A stretch of DNA of 64,000 bases from Planctomycetota bacterium (GTDB lineage Bacteria; Planctomycetota; UBA8108; SXIK01): assembly GCA_965223845.1 (NCBI GenBank), contig CBDCXR010000004.1, forward strand, positions 4,832,001 through 4,896,000. Direction: 5' to 3'. The notes below the pieces were generated by a model. The model saw nothing but the letters and a program-made list of their open reading frames with translations. It made no database searches and was not told the origin of the DNA. A program made the translations under genes and the position numbers. Shown in pieces: positions 1 to 10,180 of the stretch; the stretch's first letter is position 1; every line of letters begins with the position of its first letter.

Positions 1-3000
1 CGCGGAGGAGCTCGCTCTCCAGTCGCGACTCCACGTCGTCGTGATCGACAGCGACGCCGAAGCGATCGCGGCGCTCCGGCGGCGGCTCGACGAGCTCGGA
101 CTCTACGGCTCGCGCGTCGCCGCGATCGTCCACGACCCGCGCACCGTTCAGCTTCCGGCATACATGGCGGATCTCATCGTGCTCAGGCGGTCCGAATCGA
201 TGGGCGTTTTCGAGGACGTCGAAGCGCTCCGCCGTCTCTACGAGACTCTGCGGCCGTACTCGGGCGCGTTGGTCGTTCCGTCGAGCCGAACGCAGCACAA
301 CATCCTCACGCAACTCGTCGGCAAGGCGGCGCTGGCCGGAGCGACCGAAGAACGCGCGGGGCGCCTTTCGATCTTGCGGCGTACTCGCCCCGCCGACGGT
401 GCGGCGGACTGGACGCATCAGTACGGAAGCGCGGCGAACACCGTCGCCTCCGACGACAGCCTCGTGCGGCTACCGCTCGGTGTCCTCTGGTTCGGCGGGC
501 CCTCGAACGCGCCGATCCTCCCGCGCCACGGGCACGGTCCGGCCCCGCAGGTCGTCGGCGGACGAGTTTTCATCGAAGGTCGCGACATCCTCCGTGCGGT
601 GGACATGTACACGGGGCGACTTCTTTGGGAGCGAACGCTCAAGGATGTCGGAAAGAACTACGACTATACCTCCCACGAGCCCGGAGCGAACGCACTCGGA
701 AGCAACTACGTCTCCCTTGCCGACGGTGTCTACATCGTCCACGCCGACAAGTGCCTCCGGCTCGATCCAGCGACGGGCGAAACGATGCTCACGCTCGCGC
801 TTCCCGCCGAGCAGCCGGACGATTTCGACTTCGAGATCCCGCCGCGATGGGGCTATCTCGGCGCGTGGAACAACGTCCTAGTCGCCGGCGCGAAGCCGAC
901 GGATTTCAACTCGCCGGATTTCGAGAGCGGCGACTTTTCGGGTCTCAAGGATGACCCTCTCAAGAAGGCCGTCGCGCGCGTCCGAGGCCTCATCGACTTC
1001 ACGCCGATTCCGATGGACGGTGACGAGAAGAAGCAGGAAGTCCAGCGCAAGTACGTCTTCGAGAACATGAACAAGCTCCTTCGCGAAGCCGACATGGTCG
1101 CGAAGATCCCGCTCCGCACGCGGTACCGCGTCGACGGCGAAAAGCTCGAGAAAGAGCTCGCCGACTACCTCGGGGATGAACCCGAGAAACGCTCCTCACG
1201 GCAGAAGGCTCTCGTCCTCAAGCGAAAGCTCCTCCACCTCTACTACGGCGGGGCGAAGTACGAAGAGAAACCCGCCGGCAAGTTCGACAGTCTCCGGGGC
1301 GTCGGCAGCAAATCGCTCGTCGCGTTCGACCGGCATACGGGGCGAACGCTCTGGGATCACGAGGCCCGATACCAAATGCGACACAACGCGATCGCCCTCG
1401 GCGGCGGGAGCGTGTTTTACGTCGATCGGCTCTCCGACGAGCGCGCGTCCTTCCTCAAGAGACGCGGACTGCCCGTAGACGAAGAAGCGACGGTCGGGGC
1501 CATCGACATTCGGAGCGGGGACGTCGTCTGGACGAAGAAGGAGCGCGTCTTCGGGACGTGGCTCGGCTACTCCGAAGAGCACGATGTCTTGATCCAAGCG
1601 GGAAGTAAATTCCGCGATCGCTCGAACGACGAAGTCGGGAAGGGGATCGTCGCCTACCGCGGCGCGACGGGCGACGTGATCTGGCAGTCCGACGACGAAT
1701 ACGGCGGGCCGTGCGTCATTCTCGGCGATCAGCTCTTCACTCAGGGCGACAAGGACAAGCCGGGATTCATGATCGGTCTCCTCACCGGAAAGCGAACGCA
1801 GCGTCCGCATCCGCTCACCGGGCGGGACGTCGCGTGGGGGTACACGCGAAACTACGGCTGCAACACCGCGATCGGCTCGCCGAATCTCCTCACCTTCCGC
1901 TCGGCGGCGGCGGGTTTCTACGATCTCTTAAATGACGGCGGAACCGGCAACCTCGGCGGGTTTCGGTCGGGCTGCACGTCGAACCTGATCCCCGCCGGGG
2001 GGATCTTGAACGCGCCCGACTACACGCGAACGTGCACCTGCTCCTACCAGAACCAAGCCTCGCTCGCTCTCATCCACATGCCGGACGTCGAAATGTGGAC
2101 GTTCAACGCGTATCCCAAAGATGCGCACACGATCGAACGCGTCGGCCTCAACTTCGGCGCGCCCGGGGACCGACGCGGGCCGGACGGAACGCTTTGGATC
2201 GACTATCCGAGCGTCGGCGGCACGTCGCCCGACATCTCGGTCGAAGTTCTGGGCGAGAAGCCGCGGTACTCACGACACCACTCGAGCCGCCTGCGGACGC
2301 GCGAGCTCAGTTGGGTCGGTGCGTCGGCGATCGAGACTGAAGGCGAGATCGCGATCAAGGTGAACTCGCCCGACGAGCTGATCGTCCCCGACGAGCTCGC
2401 GCGCGGCCCCGCGATCGTCGCGAAGCGCGCGAGCGTCTGGCTCGATGTTCCGGGCGGGGCCGTGCCGAAGACCGGACAGCCGAATGAACGCAGCCTCCGC
2501 AAAGCGAACGTCGCCGGCAAGCTCGAGGCAAGTCTACCCGGGCACGAGAGCCTCGCGGTCGCGAGCGTGACCGTCGAGATGTGGGGACGCGCCGACAGTG
2601 ACTTCGACTTCGTCGACGCGCGAGTGAGCGACGAAAAGAAAAAGCACGGTTTCGTTGTCGACAACCGCGAGCTGCGTGCGCGCTACTACGTTCGCAACGA
2701 GGCCGGAGACGGCGCTGAGAACGTCGTCGAGATCAAATCGAAGGAGAAGATTCCGGACAACAAGTGGGTGCACATCGCGTTCACCTACGACGACGGCACG
2801 GGGGTCGGCACGCTGTGGCTGAACGGCAAGGACGTCGGACGCCACGACGGTCCCGACCGTCGGCCGCTGTGGTGGGCGAAGAGCGCTCCGAGCTACGCCA
2901 TCGGAAAGGACGCCGAGAAAAGCGGCTGCGCGATCGACGAGCTTCGCATCTCATCGGTGGCGCTCGCGCCGAACGAATTTCTCCTCTCATCGGATCCGGT

Positions 3001-3325
3001 GGCCGAGGGAGTCGGGGGAGCCGACGCCACGGTCGGGTACTGGCGAATGACGCCCGAGCCGAAGAGCGAAGCGAAGTACACCGTCCGCCTCGTGTTCGCC
3101 GAAATCGCCGACGTCGCCGTTGGCGAGCGGGTGTTCGACGTCTGGATCCAAGGCGAGAAGCGGCTCGAAGAGTTCGACGTCACCGCCGAATCGGGCGGCA
3201 CGTGGCGAACCGTCGTTCGCGAGTGGACGGGCATCGGCGTCGACGACTACCTGCGGATCCGGCTCGCCGCCTCCGGTAGCGGCGAGCTCCTGCCGCTCCT
3301 CAGCGGTGTTCAGGTGACGCGGTAG
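1..3325 (+). CDS. PQQ-like beta-propeller protein with degenerate methyltransferase-like, LamG and malectin-like domains (5'-partial)
   Basis: Frame is open from the window edge; DWTHQYGSAANT, RHGHGPAP, GCNT/RSGC/CTCSY motifs are shared with the paralog at 29069-32125; WVHIAFTYD..LWLNGK (LamG); YTVRLVFAE..RVFDVWIQG (malectin-like). Confidence 0.85.
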   Translation, partial: AEELALQSRLHVVVIDSDAEAIAALRRRLDELGLYGSRVAAIVHDPRTVQLPAYMADLIVLRRSESMGVFEDVEALRRLYETLRPYSGALVVPSSRTQHNILTQLVGKAALAGATEERAGRLSILRRTRPADGAADWTHQYGSAANTVASDDSLVRLPLGVLWFGGPSNAPILPRHGHGPAPQVVGGRVFIEGRDILRAVDMYTGRLLWERTLKDVGKNYDYTSHEPGANALGSNYVSLADGVYIVHADKCLRLDPATGETMLTLALPAEQPDDFDFEIPPRWGYLGAWNNVLVAGAKPTDFNSPDFESGDFSGLKDDPLKKAVARVRGLIDFTPIPMDGDEKKQEVQRKYVFENMNKLLREADMVAKIPLRTRYRVDGEKLEKELADYLGDEPEKRSSRQKALVLKRKLLHLYYGGAKYEEKPAGKFDSLRGVGSKSLVAFDRHTGRTLWDHEARYQMRHNAIALGGGSVFYVDRLSDERASFLKRRGLPVDEEATVGAIDIRSGDVVWTKKERVFGTWLGYSEEHDVLIQAGSKFRDRSNDEVGKGIVAYRGATGDVIWQSDDEYGGPCVILGDQLFTQGDKDKPGFMIGLLTGKRTQRPHPLTGRDVAWGYTRNYGCNTAIGSPNLLTFRSAAAGFYDLLNDGGTGNLGGFRSGCTSNLIPAGGILNAPDYTRTCTCSYQNQASLALIHMPDVEMWTFNAYPKDAHTIERVGLNFGAPGDRRGPDGTLWIDYPSVGGTSPDISVEVLGEKPRYSRHHSSRLRTRELSWVGASAIETEGEIAIKVNSPDELIVPDELARGPAIVAKRASVWLDVPGGAVPKTGQPNERSLRKANVAGKLEASLPGHESLAVASVTVEMWGRADSDFDFVDARVSDEKKKHGFVVDNRELRARYYVRNEAGDGAENVVEIKSKEKIPDNKWVHIAFTYDDGTGVGTLWLNGKDVGRHDGPDRRPLWWAKSAPSYAIGKDAEKSGCAIDELRISSVALAPNEFLLSSDPVAEGVGGADATVGYWRMTPEPKSEAKYTVRLVFAEIADVAVGERVFDVWIQGEKRLEEFDVTAESGGTWRTVVREWTGIGVDDYLRIRLAASGSGELLPLLSGVQVTR

Positions 3326-3418
3326 CTGAACAAAAGCGCGCTTCCTCTCTAGTGAGACTTCAACGAGGCGCCTTGGTCGAGCCTTGCGACGGCAGAAGCC
3401 CGGGGGACGAAACCGCCG

Positions 3419-5023
3419 TCAGGGCACCCCGCGGCCGCGCATGCGGATCGCGACGCTGCCGGCGTTTGTCGAAATCAGTGAGGTGGCCTCGAACACGCCG
3501 GTCCGGGTCGGGTTGAACCGGTAGGTGAACTCGCAGTTCGCTCCGGGCGCGACGCCGCCAGCGCAGTTCTGCAACGCGCTGAAGTAGGGGCCGTTCGGTG
3601 CGCCTCCGGCGAAGTTCGCGAGCGTGGCGAGCCCGGTGTTCGCGATGCGCACGCTCTGGGCGGCGCTCGTCTCCCCAACGGGCACCGGGCCGAAGTCGAG
3701 TGCGAGCGGAGTCGCCCATACGCCGGCACCGATGCCCGTCCCGCGCAGCTCGATGGTGAAACGTCCCGCGTTCGTGCTGACGGTCGACGTCGCGATGGCC
3801 TCGCCGACCCGGGTTGGAGCGAAGCGGTAAAAGAACTGGCAGCTCCCGCGGACGGGGACACCGCCGGCGCAGCTTTGCGTGGCGCTAAATTGATTTCCCG
3901 TCGGCCCGCCGCCGGCGAAGTCCGTGAGGAGTTCGAAGCCGGTGTTGCGGACGGTCACGACTTGAGGCGCGCTCGTAAAGCCGACCCCGATCGGGCCGAA
4001 GTCGAGGACAAGCGGCGAAACGGACTGGCTCACGATCGCTCCGCGGTTCGAGCTGAAGCCCCGCATCGCGATCTCGAATGGTCCCGCGTTCGTACTCGAC
4101 GACGATACGGTCTCGTAGGTTCCCCGAGCGTCCGGCTCGAACGTAAACGTGTACTGGCAGCTTGCCCCCGGAGGAACGCCGCCAGCGCAGTTCTGCGATC
4201 CTTGAAACTGCGTGTCCGGAGGCACCCCACCCGCGAAGTTCGTCAACGTTGAGAGTCCGGTGTTGCGGATGGTGATCGTGTGGGACGAGCTCTTCTGGCC
4301 GACCGAGACGTTTCCGAAGTCGATGGAGAGGGGGCTCACCGAGAGCGAGGGTCCGACGCCGGTCCCGCGCATCCGGATCCCGAAGGGACCCATGTTGGTC
4401 GACGAGAGCGAGATCGTCTCGAACTCACCGACGGCGGCCGGTGTGAACGTGAAGGTGTACTGGCAGGATCCACCCGGAGGAACACCGCCGGCGCAGTTCT
4501 GCGATCCTTGAAATTGAACGTCCGGAGGCGCCCCACCGGCGAAGTTGTTCAGGGTGCGGTTGCTCCGGTTCGTGATCTGGATCGACTGGGGCGGGCTCGT
4601 CACGCCGATCCCGACCGGACCGAAGTCGATCTCGAGCGGCGTCACGCGCACGCTGGGTGGTGGATCGGGGAGACAGTGCGCGTAGGCGGCGCAGTCGAGC
4701 GCGTCGCCCGTCGGGTCGGTGCCGCAAGCGGGAAACGGTGCCGGGGGCGGTTGGAGTCCGACGAAGAGCGCGTTCAGGATGCGCAGGCCGTCGGAGATGT
4801 CCGTTTCCCCGTCGTCGTTGGCGTCCGCCGCATCGAGACACCGAAACGAGCCGATGTTCTGAAAGAGGAAGGTGAACACGTTTACCGCGTCTGCGATGTT
4901 GACCTCGCCGTCGGTGTTCGTGTCGCCTCGGATGAACTGTGTCTGCGCGGTAAGCGGTGTGAGCGCGAGCAGCGTGATGCTCGCACCGATCGTCCGCGCA
5001 GCGATCGCCCTTCGTACTCGCAT
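3419..5023 (-). CDS. Secreted dockerin-like protein with four tandem Ig-like (choice-of-anchor D/ASH-like) repeats
   Basis: ATG at 5023 with AGGAGG upstream; signal peptide; FIRGDTNTDGEVNIAD..CLDAADANDDG dockerin-like motif; 4x PLxxDFG..FAGG..QxCAGGVxxxxxC repeats. Confidence 0.8.
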   Translation of the reverse strand: MRVRRAIAARTIGASITLLALTPLTAQTQFIRGDTNTDGEVNIADAVNVFTFLFQNIGSFRCLDAADANDDGETDISDGLRILNALFVGLQPPPAPFPACGTDPTGDALDCAAYAHCLPDPPPSVRVTPLEIDFGPVGIGVTSPPQSIQITNRSNRTLNNFAGGAPPDVQFQGSQNCAGGVPPGGSCQYTFTFTPAAVGEFETISLSSTNMGPFGIRMRGTGVGPSLSVSPLSIDFGNVSVGQKSSSHTITIRNTGLSTLTNFAGGVPPDTQFQGSQNCAGGVPPGASCQYTFTFEPDARGTYETVSSSSTNAGPFEIAMRGFSSNRGAIVSQSVSPLVLDFGPIGVGFTSAPQVVTVRNTGFELLTDFAGGGPTGNQFSATQSCAGGVPVRGSCQFFYRFAPTRVGEAIATSTVSTNAGRFTIELRGTGIGAGVWATPLALDFGPVPVGETSAAQSVRIANTGLATLANFAGGAPNGPYFSALQNCAGGVAPGANCEFTYRFNPTRTGVFEATSLISTNAGSVAIRMRGRGVP

Positions 5024-5519
5024 ATCCGACCCTCCTCTGCCGCCACGACGCGGCACGGGCGCACTCTCGCCACCGCTGTACCTTTCGATCCTCATTAGAG
5101 TATCGAGACGTTCGCAGGAGGAGTCCAGCGACACGAGTACGGAGTTCGTGCATTGTACGCACGGAAGCTGAGCGCCGCTCAGACGAGCGTCGTCTTCTCC
5201 GGCATCGCGAATTCTTCGGTGGGGATATCGGGCAGGATCGAGCGCCGAGGATATTCGTACCGAGAAGAACTTCCTCCCGTTCGGCCAGATTGGATGCCGT
5301 CTCGGTGTCGGCAACGACCGTTCCGATCGCGGACGCGGGATTGGCTGCTTCGGGTTGCGGGCCTCCGATGCAGGCTCCAAGCTACGGATGCCCGACCCTC
5401 CGAGCGAACCCCGCCGTCCACATGTCCGTTCGCCGAGGCGTCGCTCAAGAAACGGTGAATGCCTTCTCCGGTGGCGAACTCGCCAATCGTCACTCGCCCT
5501 CGAAAGGAGGGTATCCTCC

Positions 5520-6434
5520 GTGCAACCTCGACGGGTACTCCCCGGCGCCACGTATCTCATCACACGGCGCTGCACTCAACGACAGTTTCTCCTTCGCCCC
5601 GAGGAGAAGGTGAATCGCGCCGCGCTCTACTGCATCGCTTATGCAGCGGCGGAAACCGGCGTCGAAATTCACGGTTATGTAGTTTTATCTAATCATTACC
5701 ACCTGATCGCCACCGACACGGAGGTTCGACTCCCGAGTTTTCTTCTTCGCCTCAACTCTCTTCTCGCTCGATGCCTGAACGCGATGCGGTCGCGATTCGA
5801 GAACCTCTTCGACTCCTCAAAGCCGAGCTATGTGCGGGCGATCGAGCCGAACGACGTGATGCGCCAGCTCGTCTACACGATCTGTAACCCGGTGTCGTCG
5901 GGGCTCGTTTCCGACGCGAAGGATTGGCCCGGGGCGCGCAGCGCGCCGAGCGACCTCGGAACGACGATCTTCGCTGAGAAGCCGGACTGGTTCTTCTCGG
6001 ACTTTATGCCCGAGGAGGTTCCACTCGCGATCACGCCTCCCCCCTGTTTCGCAAGCCGCGATCTCGAAGAGTTCAAAGCGGAGCTCGAAGAACAGGTCGC
6101 CGAGCGTGAAACCGAGTGCCGCGCCGAAGTCGAGAGGGAAGGTCCGGGGTTCCTCGGCGCGAAACGGGTTCGAAGTCAGAGCCCAACCGACTCACCCCAG
6201 AGCTACGAAAAGAAGTGGAAGCTCTCGCCGACCATCCAGGCGAAGCGACCGGAAACGAGAATCGAGGAGCTCCGGGAGCTCGTCGCGTTCCGAAAGCGCT
6301 ATCGAGCGGCGCTCGAACAGTATCGCGACGGCGTAGAGGACGCAGTCTTCCCCGCCGGGACTTACTGGATGCGCGTCTTTCATCGCCAGAAGTGTGAACC
6401 GCTCTTCTGCGGAGCCGTGCCGGCGGCGCCGTAG
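5520..6434 (+). mobile_element. HUH/Y1 tyrosine transposase, RAYT (REP-associated tyrosine transposase)-like
   Basis: GTG at 5520 after AGGAGG; TYLITRRC, YVVLSNHYHLI (HUH motif), YTICNPV..GLV..DWP. Confidence 0.85.
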
Positions 6435-6678
6435 GTCGCCCGAACGAACTCGTTCGCGTTCCGCGCGCGCCAACATCCGTCGCGCTGGCGAGGAGAGTCT
6501 GCTCACGAATCACAGAGTGGTGCTTGAGAAGTTGACGCCGGAAGGCAAGCTTTGTTGATTCGGAACGATTGGACGCGGCGGGAGCAGCTCGAGGCCGCCG
6601 CAACTCCCGTCAAAATAGTCATTTCAAACTACTCTTTGTCAGATAAACCCGGTTTCTTCGAATGATGACCGGGTTCCG

Positions 6679-6711
6679 GAGTGGCAAGAGTGGCAAAGGA
6701 GAAGAGTGGCA
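6679..6711 (+). repeat. Three direct copies of GAGTGGCA
   Basis: Copies at 6679, 6688 and 6704, read directly. Confidence 0.7.
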
Positions 6712-7004
6712 CACGGGAATGGCCGAAGTTTCTCCGTGACAAACCCAGCCTCGCGGCATTCATCCCCTAAGCGCGGACTTTTCGCCAGATCCCGCCGGGC
6801 GAGCTCCGTCGACGAACCGCCGGCCGAAAACGGCCCCCTCGGGCGGGCAAGTTGTCGCGAACCCTCGACGATTCCCCCAAAATCGCCTGCGGTTCGCGTC
6901 GCTTCGAGGATGACTCGATCCTCGTTTTCGAAACCGATTCTTGGACGGACTCCTCGCGATTCCACTCGCCCTCGTCCCACCTCCACTTCTCCCCCGGGAG
7001 CACC

Positions 7005-7874
7005 ATGGATCTCGAACGTCTTCTGCAGAACACCGAATGGCTGCGCAGTCTAGCTCTCGCCCTGGCTCGAGACGCTCACGACGCCGAGGACCTCGTCCAG
7101 GAGACGTGGATCGCCGCGCTCCGGTCCCCGCCGGCGGTAACGGACGAAAGCGCGACGGAGATCGATGCCGGCGCCGTCAACCGGAGCACTCGGGCGTGGC
7201 TGCGCCGCGTAGTTTCGAACGCCGCGCGACTCCACTGGCGGCGGGACGTCCGGCGACGCGCGCGCGAAGAAGTGGCGGCGACGAGCGAGGCGATCGACGG
7301 TCCCGACGACGCGGCCGAGCGCGCCGAGCTTCTCGAACGAATCCTCACCTCGCTCCTCGCGCTCCCGAAGCCAGACCGAACGATCGTGCTTTGGCGCTAC
7401 TTCGACGGCGAGTCGACCGCGCGCATCGCGGCGCGACTCGACATCAATCCGGGAGCGGCACGCATGCGGCTGTCCCGTGCGCTCGCGCGCATCCGCGCGG
7501 AGCTCGGCGACGACGGAAATCGGCGTCTGCGAACGATTGTCGTCGCCCGGCCCTCGGCGGCCGCTCGTCCGGCGAGCGCCGGGGCCGCGAGCTGGGCCGC
7601 TCTGCTCATCGCCGCGGTTTCGCTCGGCTTCGCCGGCGGCTGGAGCGTCGGGCCGGGCGCGGCTGACCGCGGGCCGGCGCCACTCGTCGAAGCGACGCCC
7701 GTCTCGCGCGGCGACTCCGCTGACCTCGACGCCCTCCGGCGAGCCCTCGAGGACTCCGAGGCGCGACTCGCCCAATCGAACCGGACGATCGAAGCCCTCG
7801 CGGCCGAGGCGTCCCGTCTCCAGCTTAAGCTCTTTCGCGAGAACGGCTTGGCGACTTTTTCGAACCCGAGCTGA
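7005..7874 (+). CDS. ECF sigma-70 factor with C-terminal transmembrane helix and coiled-coil extension
   Basis: DAEDLVQETW and AWLRRVVSN (region 2); LRYF-like WRYFDGESTARIAARLDINPGAARMRLSRA (region 4); hydrophobic WAALLIAAVSLGFAGGW; ATG at 7005 with GGGAG upstream. Confidence 0.85.
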   Translation: MDLERLLQNTEWLRSLALALARDAHDAEDLVQETWIAALRSPPAVTDESATEIDAGAVNRSTRAWLRRVVSNAARLHWRRDVRRRAREEVAATSEAIDGPDDAAERAELLERILTSLLALPKPDRTIVLWRYFDGESTARIAARLDINPGAARMRLSRALARIRAELGDDGNRRLRTIVVARPSAAARPASAGAASWAALLIAAVSLGFAGGWSVGPGAADRGPAPLVEATPVSRGDSADLDALRRALEDSEARLAQSNRTIEALAAEASRLQLKLFRENGLATFSNPS

Positions 7875-7963
7875 TCCGCATCGCGCTCGACTCACCCGGG
7901 CTTGCGTGTAGCATAAGATGGAAGTTCTGCGCTCCGGCGCGCTGACCCTAACCGAGGAACTCT

Positions 7964-10081
7964 ATGGCCTCCGAACTCCGCACTGAATCGCACACGTCCT
8001 GCCCGCGTTGGTGGATTGCCGCGCTCGCGCTAGCTCTCGTTGCGCCCGCGTCGCTTCGCGCTCAGCTCGAACCACCGTCGAAAGACACTCGGGAGGTCAC
8101 TCAGCTCGTCGCCCAATACCTCGAGGGCGTCCATCTCCGCGGCCGCCGACTGGACGACGCAGCGTCGAAGAACATGTTCCGAAAACTGTTCTCCGACCTC
8201 GATCCTCTCCACCTCTACTTCCTCGCGTCGGACGTCGACCAATTCCGCGCGAACGAGACGCGCATCGACGACATGCTGAAGACGGGCGACCTCGAGTTCG
8301 CCTACAAGCTCTTCAAGCGGTTCCTCGAGCGAGTCGACGAGCGCACGAAGGCCGTTGTGGAGTTGCTCGCCGCTGAGCCGGATTTCACGGTCGACGAGTC
8401 GATCGAGCTCGACCGCGAGGACGCGAGCTTTCCCGCGGACGCCGACGCCGCGAAAGAGATTTGGCGGAAGCGTATCAAGCTCATGCTCCTCGAACGCATC
8501 GCCGACGGCGAAACGCTCGAGGAAGCTCGCGATTTGTTGCGGAAGCGCTACGAAGGATTCGCGCGGCGACTCCACCAAACGGACAACGACGAGCTCCTGC
8601 AACTCTTCCTCAACGCCGCGGCGACGACCTACGACCCGCACACCGCGTATCTCTCGCCGCGGACGCTCGAGGACTTCGAAATCAGCATGCGCCTCGAACT
8701 TCAAGGGATCGGCGCGCTGCTTCAGTCGGAGGACGGGTTCACCGTCGTGAAGAGCATCGTTCCCGGTGGCGCGGCCGCGCGCGACGAACGTCTCCAGCCC
8801 GAAGACAAGATCGAGGCCGTTGCGGAAGGCGATGAGGGCGAGTTTGTCGATCTCTACAACATGAAGCTGTCGGATGTCGTCAAGCGCATCCGCGGGAAGG
8901 CCGGGACGCGCGTTCGGCTGAAGGTGATCCACGCGAACAAGGAGCGCGAGACGATCGATCTCGTCCGCGCGAAGATCGAGCTCGCGGAGAAGGCCGCCCA
9001 GGGAGAGATCCACGAGGTGAAGTCGGACGGCGGATCGACGATGAAGATCGGAGTCGTCGATCTCCCGAGCTTCTACATGGACCTCGAGGCGGCGAGCCGC
9101 AAAGAGACGAAGGACTTTCGCAGCTCAACACGCGACGTCGAAAAGATCATCCAGGGCTTCGTCAAAGAGAAGGTCGACGCCGTCGTCGTCGATCTCCGCC
9201 GAAACACGGGCGGCTCACTCACCGAAGCGATCAACATGACGGGGCTCTTCATCGACGAGGGTCCGGTCGTTCTCATCAAGGGTCCGCGGGGCGCGATCGA
9301 TCGGAAGGACGACACCAATCCCGGCATGCTGTGGAACGGTCCGCTCGTCGTGATGACCAGCCGATTCAGCGCGAGCGCGAGCGAGATCTTCGCCGGCGCG
9401 ATTCAGGACCATCGGCGCGGAATCATCGTCGGCGACTCCTCGACGCACGGCAAGGGGACGGTTCAGCACCTCGTCGATCTCTACGTACGCAACGGCGAAG
9501 CTCCGGCCGGTGCGCTCAAGATCACGATCTCGCAGTTTTACCGGCCGAACGGGCGGAGCACGCAGCTCGACGGCGTGCGGCCCGACATCGAGCTCCCCTC
9601 GTTCTCTGCGCACTTGAGCGAAGGCGAAGCGGGCGACTACGCGATGGCGAACGACAGCATCCGCGGGGTCAAGTTCACGCCCCTCGACATGGTCAACGCC
9701 GACATCGTCCGGGAGATCTCGTGGCAGTCGCGCCGCCGCCGCGAGAAGAGCGCGATGTTCCAGCGACTCGAAAGCGAGATTCGGCGCTTCGTCGAGTTCA
9801 AGAAGCGCGACCGGATGCCGCTGCAAAAAGAAAAGTTCATGGCGGCGTACAAGCTCCAATCCGCGGTCGAGCTCGCGCAGGAGTTCGGCGATGTCTCGAG
9901 CGCCGAAGGGGCCGCCGCGAGCCCCGACTCTGCTGCGGTGCGAAATGAGACGCCGAGCTCTCCTCCCGGTGAGAACGCACCCGACGGCGACTCGTCAGCG
10001 AGCGAAGGAGACGAGCGAGTGTCGGAGTACCTTCAGGAAGTTCTCGCGATCACCCGCGACTACGTGCGCGCACTGAGCTGA
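7964..10081 (+). CDS. prc: Tail-specific (carboxy-terminal processing) protease, S41 family
   Basis: Signal peptide; DPHTAY, GIGA..PDZ region, DLRRNTGG, SASASEIFAGA, GKGTVQ. Confidence 0.92.
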   Translation: MASELRTESHTSCPRWWIAALALALVAPASLRAQLEPPSKDTREVTQLVAQYLEGVHLRGRRLDDAASKNMFRKLFSDLDPLHLYFLASDVDQFRANETRIDDMLKTGDLEFAYKLFKRFLERVDERTKAVVELLAAEPDFTVDESIELDREDASFPADADAAKEIWRKRIKLMLLERIADGETLEEARDLLRKRYEGFARRLHQTDNDELLQLFLNAAATTYDPHTAYLSPRTLEDFEISMRLELQGIGALLQSEDGFTVVKSIVPGGAAARDERLQPEDKIEAVAEGDEGEFVDLYNMKLSDVVKRIRGKAGTRVRLKVIHANKERETIDLVRAKIELAEKAAQGEIHEVKSDGGSTMKIGVVDLPSFYMDLEAASRKETKDFRSSTRDVEKIIQGFVKEKVDAVVVDLRRNTGGSLTEAINMTGLFIDEGPVVLIKGPRGAIDRKDDTNPGMLWNGPLVVMTSRFSASASEIFAGAIQDHRRGIIVGDSSTHGKGTVQHLVDLYVRNGEAPAGALKITISQFYRPNGRSTQLDGVRPDIELPSFSAHLSEGEAGDYAMANDSIRGVKFTPLDMVNADIVREISWQSRRRREKSAMFQRLESEIRRFVEFKKRDRMPLQKEKFMAAYKLQSAVELAQEFGDVSSAEGAAASPDSAAVRNETPSSPPGENAPDGDSSASEGDERVSEYLQEVLAITRDYVRALS

Positions 10082-10121
10082 TCCTGAGAGCGGACGCGCG
10101 AAGAGCGGAACGAAACACGAG

Positions 10122-10154
10122 AAGACGGACGCCGACGCGTCCGTCTTTTCTTTT
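10122..10154 (+). terminator. Rho-independent terminator after prc
   Basis: 11-bp stem AAGACGGACGC/GCGTCCGTCTT, 4-nt loop, followed by TTCTTTT. Confidence 0.8.
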
Positions 10155-10180
10155 GGCTCGTGCCGCGTTACCGTGCGGCC

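Noticed and set aside
5024-5575. Long N-terminal extensions given by the ORF track for the dockerin gene and the transposase
   Set aside because: They overlap each other head-to-head, and internal starts at 5023 and 5520 have clear AGGAGG sites.
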